Positions 61,594 through 64,000 of a stretch of DNA of 64,000 bases are shown here, one piece after another; within the stretch, counting starts at the first letter, position 1, and each line of letters begins with the position of its first letter. The DNA is taken from assembly GCF_964204865.1 (NCBI RefSeq), contig NC_135258.1, positions 17,024,916 to 17,088,915 of the forward strand, read 5' to 3'. The notes beneath the pieces were generated by a model that saw only the letters and a program-made list of their open reading frames with translations, made no database searches and had not been told where the DNA came from. The translations under genes were made by a program, and so were the position numbers. The stretch comes from Styela clava (Eukaryota).

Positions 61594-62548
61594 GTAAGTG
61601 AAATACAATAAAGATTTGTGTTAAATGTCCTAAGAATCTGCAAACGTCTCGGAATTTACATTCTGAGGAACTCACTAAATGGAGGAAATCTATTTAAAAG
61701 TAGAGCAATAAAGTTAGTGAAATTCAAACTACAATTGGAAAAAAGTCATTTATACGATCACAATTTAATTTTGGTTGACTATGAGACATATGAGTTCTGA
61801 GTGAGTGAAATGAAAAAAGAGGAAAAAAAATCTTATAAAACTGATACCACAACCTTTCCGCCGATTTCAACCTCCATGTTGCCTAAAATGTTATTTTTTC
61901 GCCTCAAAGTTCTCAGCAATAGCACAGCTATGTCATAGTTCATGTTTCAACTGAAATAGTCATTTAATTATCATATACCTAATATTAAATAAAATTCTAT
62001 TCGGGTCAGAGTTCAAATAGCACCACACATTATTTGCTACAGTGTCTCAAAGTCTTTTTGTTTGACCTGAAAGGTCGCTATATGAAATCGTTGTCATTAT
62101 TTAGTTGCATCTCAACTTAAAGTATAAAAATTATTTTCCATCTAGTTGAATGGCGGCTTTGAAGACAATTGGTAGCTTATGATTGATACAGAAGCTCATG
62201 TACAGTAGGAATATTTTTTGTACTTTCAGTATACGTTCTTTATTTAAAGATATTCTTGTTTTTGTTTTTAGAACGTTCCCGTTGGAGTCTTGGATGGACA
62301 TTTGAGTATATTTGACGTAACATGAGTGATTGCAGCAAGCTCCCAATATTTTACAAATATAGAAATCGTTAGCATCGAGAACCTTGAACCACTAAACCGG
62401 ATTCAAAGTGAAAGCTAAAATTTGAACGTTCCGATATACGAATACAATTGTGAATGCAACTTCATCTGTCTTTGTTATACGGTATACTTGATGTACTCAA
62501 ACTATTCCTCATTTTAGTCATTAAACTTTTGAAACGGTTATGTTTCAG

Positions 62549-62637
62549 GCGGTTCCACTGGATATCGATGTTCCGTTTTTTAACATCAGAAGTCATTCCT
62601 TCACCATCTATGGAAAACCGACTAACTCCGACAGCAG
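62549..62637 (+). CDS. galectin exon 4, start of CRD2; AVPLDIDVPFFNIRSHSFTIYGKPTNSDS(R)
   Basis: acceptor tgtttcag (verified against ORF 62454..62642 numbering), donor gttaag; phase 2 out. Confidence 0.65.
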
Positions 62638-62833
62638 GTTAAGTTGGGGAACTTGAATGTTTGCAAAATAGAGCTCTGCGTTGAAATAAAAAAAAAAATT
62701 AAAAATGAGCTCCTAGTTGCATAGTAATCTGTCGACCCTCTTTACCTCACTTATTTCAACACTCAATCAGTGCAAAATTCTTCTCCTTCATTTTACTAAA
62801 ATTGTACATTTTTATTTATTCAATGTCATTCAG

Positions 62834-62993
62834 ATTTGATGTCAATTTACGTCAAGGCGACAAAATTCATTTTCATTACAGTCCAAGATTAAATGAACGC
62901 GAGATTGTAAGAAATACTTTGGATAAGAAATGGGAAACCGAAGAACGGGATTTGGACTTCCCGTTTCTGTTTGCGAAAGACGTTCCATTTACG
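62834..62993 (+). CDS. galectin exon 5, CRD2 core; (R)FDVNLRQGDKIHFHYSPRLNEREIVRNTLDKKWETEERDLDFPFLFAKDVPFT
   Basis: H..PR....IV.N......W..EER...FPF signature; acceptor gtcattcag, donor gtgagt; exact by ORF 62802..63053. Confidence 0.7.
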
Positions 62994-63104
62994 GTGAGTT
63001 CTATTACAAAAATTCCTTTAACCAATTTGAATATATATATTACTCTCGGTTAAGGCCGAATGGCGGAGTACACACTTCCACTCTATGTGTCTTCTCTTTC
63101 GCAG

Positions 63105-63254
63105 GTAAAAATAATAGTGGAAAAGCATGGTTTCGATGTTGACATAAATGGCATCGCTGCTTTCACTTATAATAAGAGAATCGGTCCATTGAAAGACATA
63201 CGTAACATCAGCGTCAATGGAGATGTTGAACTCATTAAAATGGTCATTTCGTAA
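63105..63254 (+). CDS. galectin exon 6, end of CRD2; VKIIVEKHGFDVDINGIAAFTYNKRIGPLKDIRNISVNGDVELIKMVIS*
   Basis: acceptor ctttcgcag; stop 63252-63254 (ORF 63060..63254). Confidence 0.7.
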   Translation, partial: VKIIVEKHGFDVDINGIAAFTYNKRIGPLKDIRNISVNGDVELIKMVIS

Positions 63255-63296
63255 AAGGATATCTAATCAATAGAGCTCGAATGAAGCACTCGATTT

Positions 63297-63319
63297 TATA
63301 TATATATATATATATATAA
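63297..63319. repeat. (TA)n microsatellite in galectin 3' flank
   Basis: tatatatatatatatatatata. Confidence 0.7.
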
Positions 63320-64000
63320 TATTTTGGATGTATAGTTATGCTATCTGCTATAAAACACGAACAGCTTTTTTACATTCAGTGCACATTGTGTTCTATTCCA
63401 TGCAAACCTAATTGCTTAATAAAAGACATAAAAAAGTAAACAGTCTGGTTTTGCAACTGCTTTTGCAAAATTTAGAATATCAGTGCTGTGTCCATTCCTT
63501 GTCTAGATTAGATTCAATACAGCGCTCAAAAGGCAAATCATACGATATATATTTCCTCGATGTACTAGAGTTCAAACTCCGCGTTTTCGACCCTCTGAAG
63601 TTGGCTATTAAGAAATACGTTCCTCGGACGTTTGTAGACATGAAGTTTGGTGGAGTCTCAAATACAAAAACTTTTTAAATTGATATAACAACCCTAGTAA
63701 GTTGGCCCTTTCTTGCCCCTCAATATATTATATATATTTATTTCTAATTTAGATCGAACTTGGTACTAAGGGCGGAGGTCCTACTAGTATAAAAAAAAAA
63801 CTGAAAAATAAATTTATGTGGCAAAAAATTCTGTCAATTTCCTACTAGAACCAAAAACAAATAATATTTCGTTTTATAATTTCATTTGATTCAGCATTAA
63901 ATATATTATAGCAATGAATCAATGCTAAAATATATGGATGAGTATACTTGAAAAATAAATTTAGGAAACAATATTATTCGAAAGACGGGAATGTATTGAG

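Noticed and set aside
62274-62325. Candidate linker exon between the two galectin CRDs (NVPVGVLDGHLSIFD)
   Set aside because: After correcting the exon 3 donor to CAA|GTAAGT (phase 0), exon 3 joins exon 4 directly. This segment would break phase or introduce stops.
1-64000. Prokaryotic-style systems (operons, CRISPR arrays, defence islands, rRNA/tRNA genes)
   Set aside because: The window is clearly eukaryotic nuclear DNA with spliceosomal introns. No CRISPR repeats, rRNA or intact tRNA genes were found; tRNA-like segments are SINE heads.

Overview
Eukaryotic (metazoan) nuclear DNA, AT-rich (~1/3 GC), spliceosomal GT-AG introns with T-rich ...TTTCAG/TTTAG acceptors, and short interspersed repeats. 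No prokaryotic features (operons, CRISPR, rRNA) were seen. Seven protein-coding loci are supportable. (1) 328-16084 (+): the 3' part of a large coiled-coil gene, possibly kinectin/RRBP1/golgin-like; 19 phase-consistent exons read, and the gene starts upstream of the window. (2) 20180-22464 (-): RNA polymerase II subunit RPB9 (POLR2I), 4 exons. (3) 24612-26300 (+): intronless bifunctional polynucleotide kinase/3'-phosphatase PNKP, with FHA, HAD-phosphatase DxDGT and P-loop kinase motifs. (4) 26945-35011 (+): an 8.07-kb intronless ORF (2688 aa) with full TEP1 architecture (telomerase/vault-associated protein 1): TROVE, DUF4062-like, NACHT P-loop and a long WD40 array. (5) 43917-56681 (-): a multi-exon gene whose C-terminal half is an ANKRA2/RFXANK-type ankyrin domain, preceded by a long S/T/Y-rich N-terminus and followed by a Q/P-rich tail. 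(6) 60011-63254 (+): a tandem-repeat (two-CRD) galectin, 6 exons. The PNKP-TEP1 pair is single-exon and tandem on the + strand with a 645-bp gap, in a neighbourhood where every other gene is intron-rich. This is the most unusual organisational feature. PNKP is divergent from POLR2I. Introns and intergenic DNA carry two tRNA-derived SINE families, a MITE with ~30-bp terminal inverted repeats (TIRs), foldback elements, a ~220-bp tandem repeat inside a 9-kb AT-rich gene desert, and (TA)n microsatellites. Splice-junction coordinates were read by eye and may be off by 1-2 bp. Coordinates checked against the supplied ORF table, including PNKP and TEP1, are exact.
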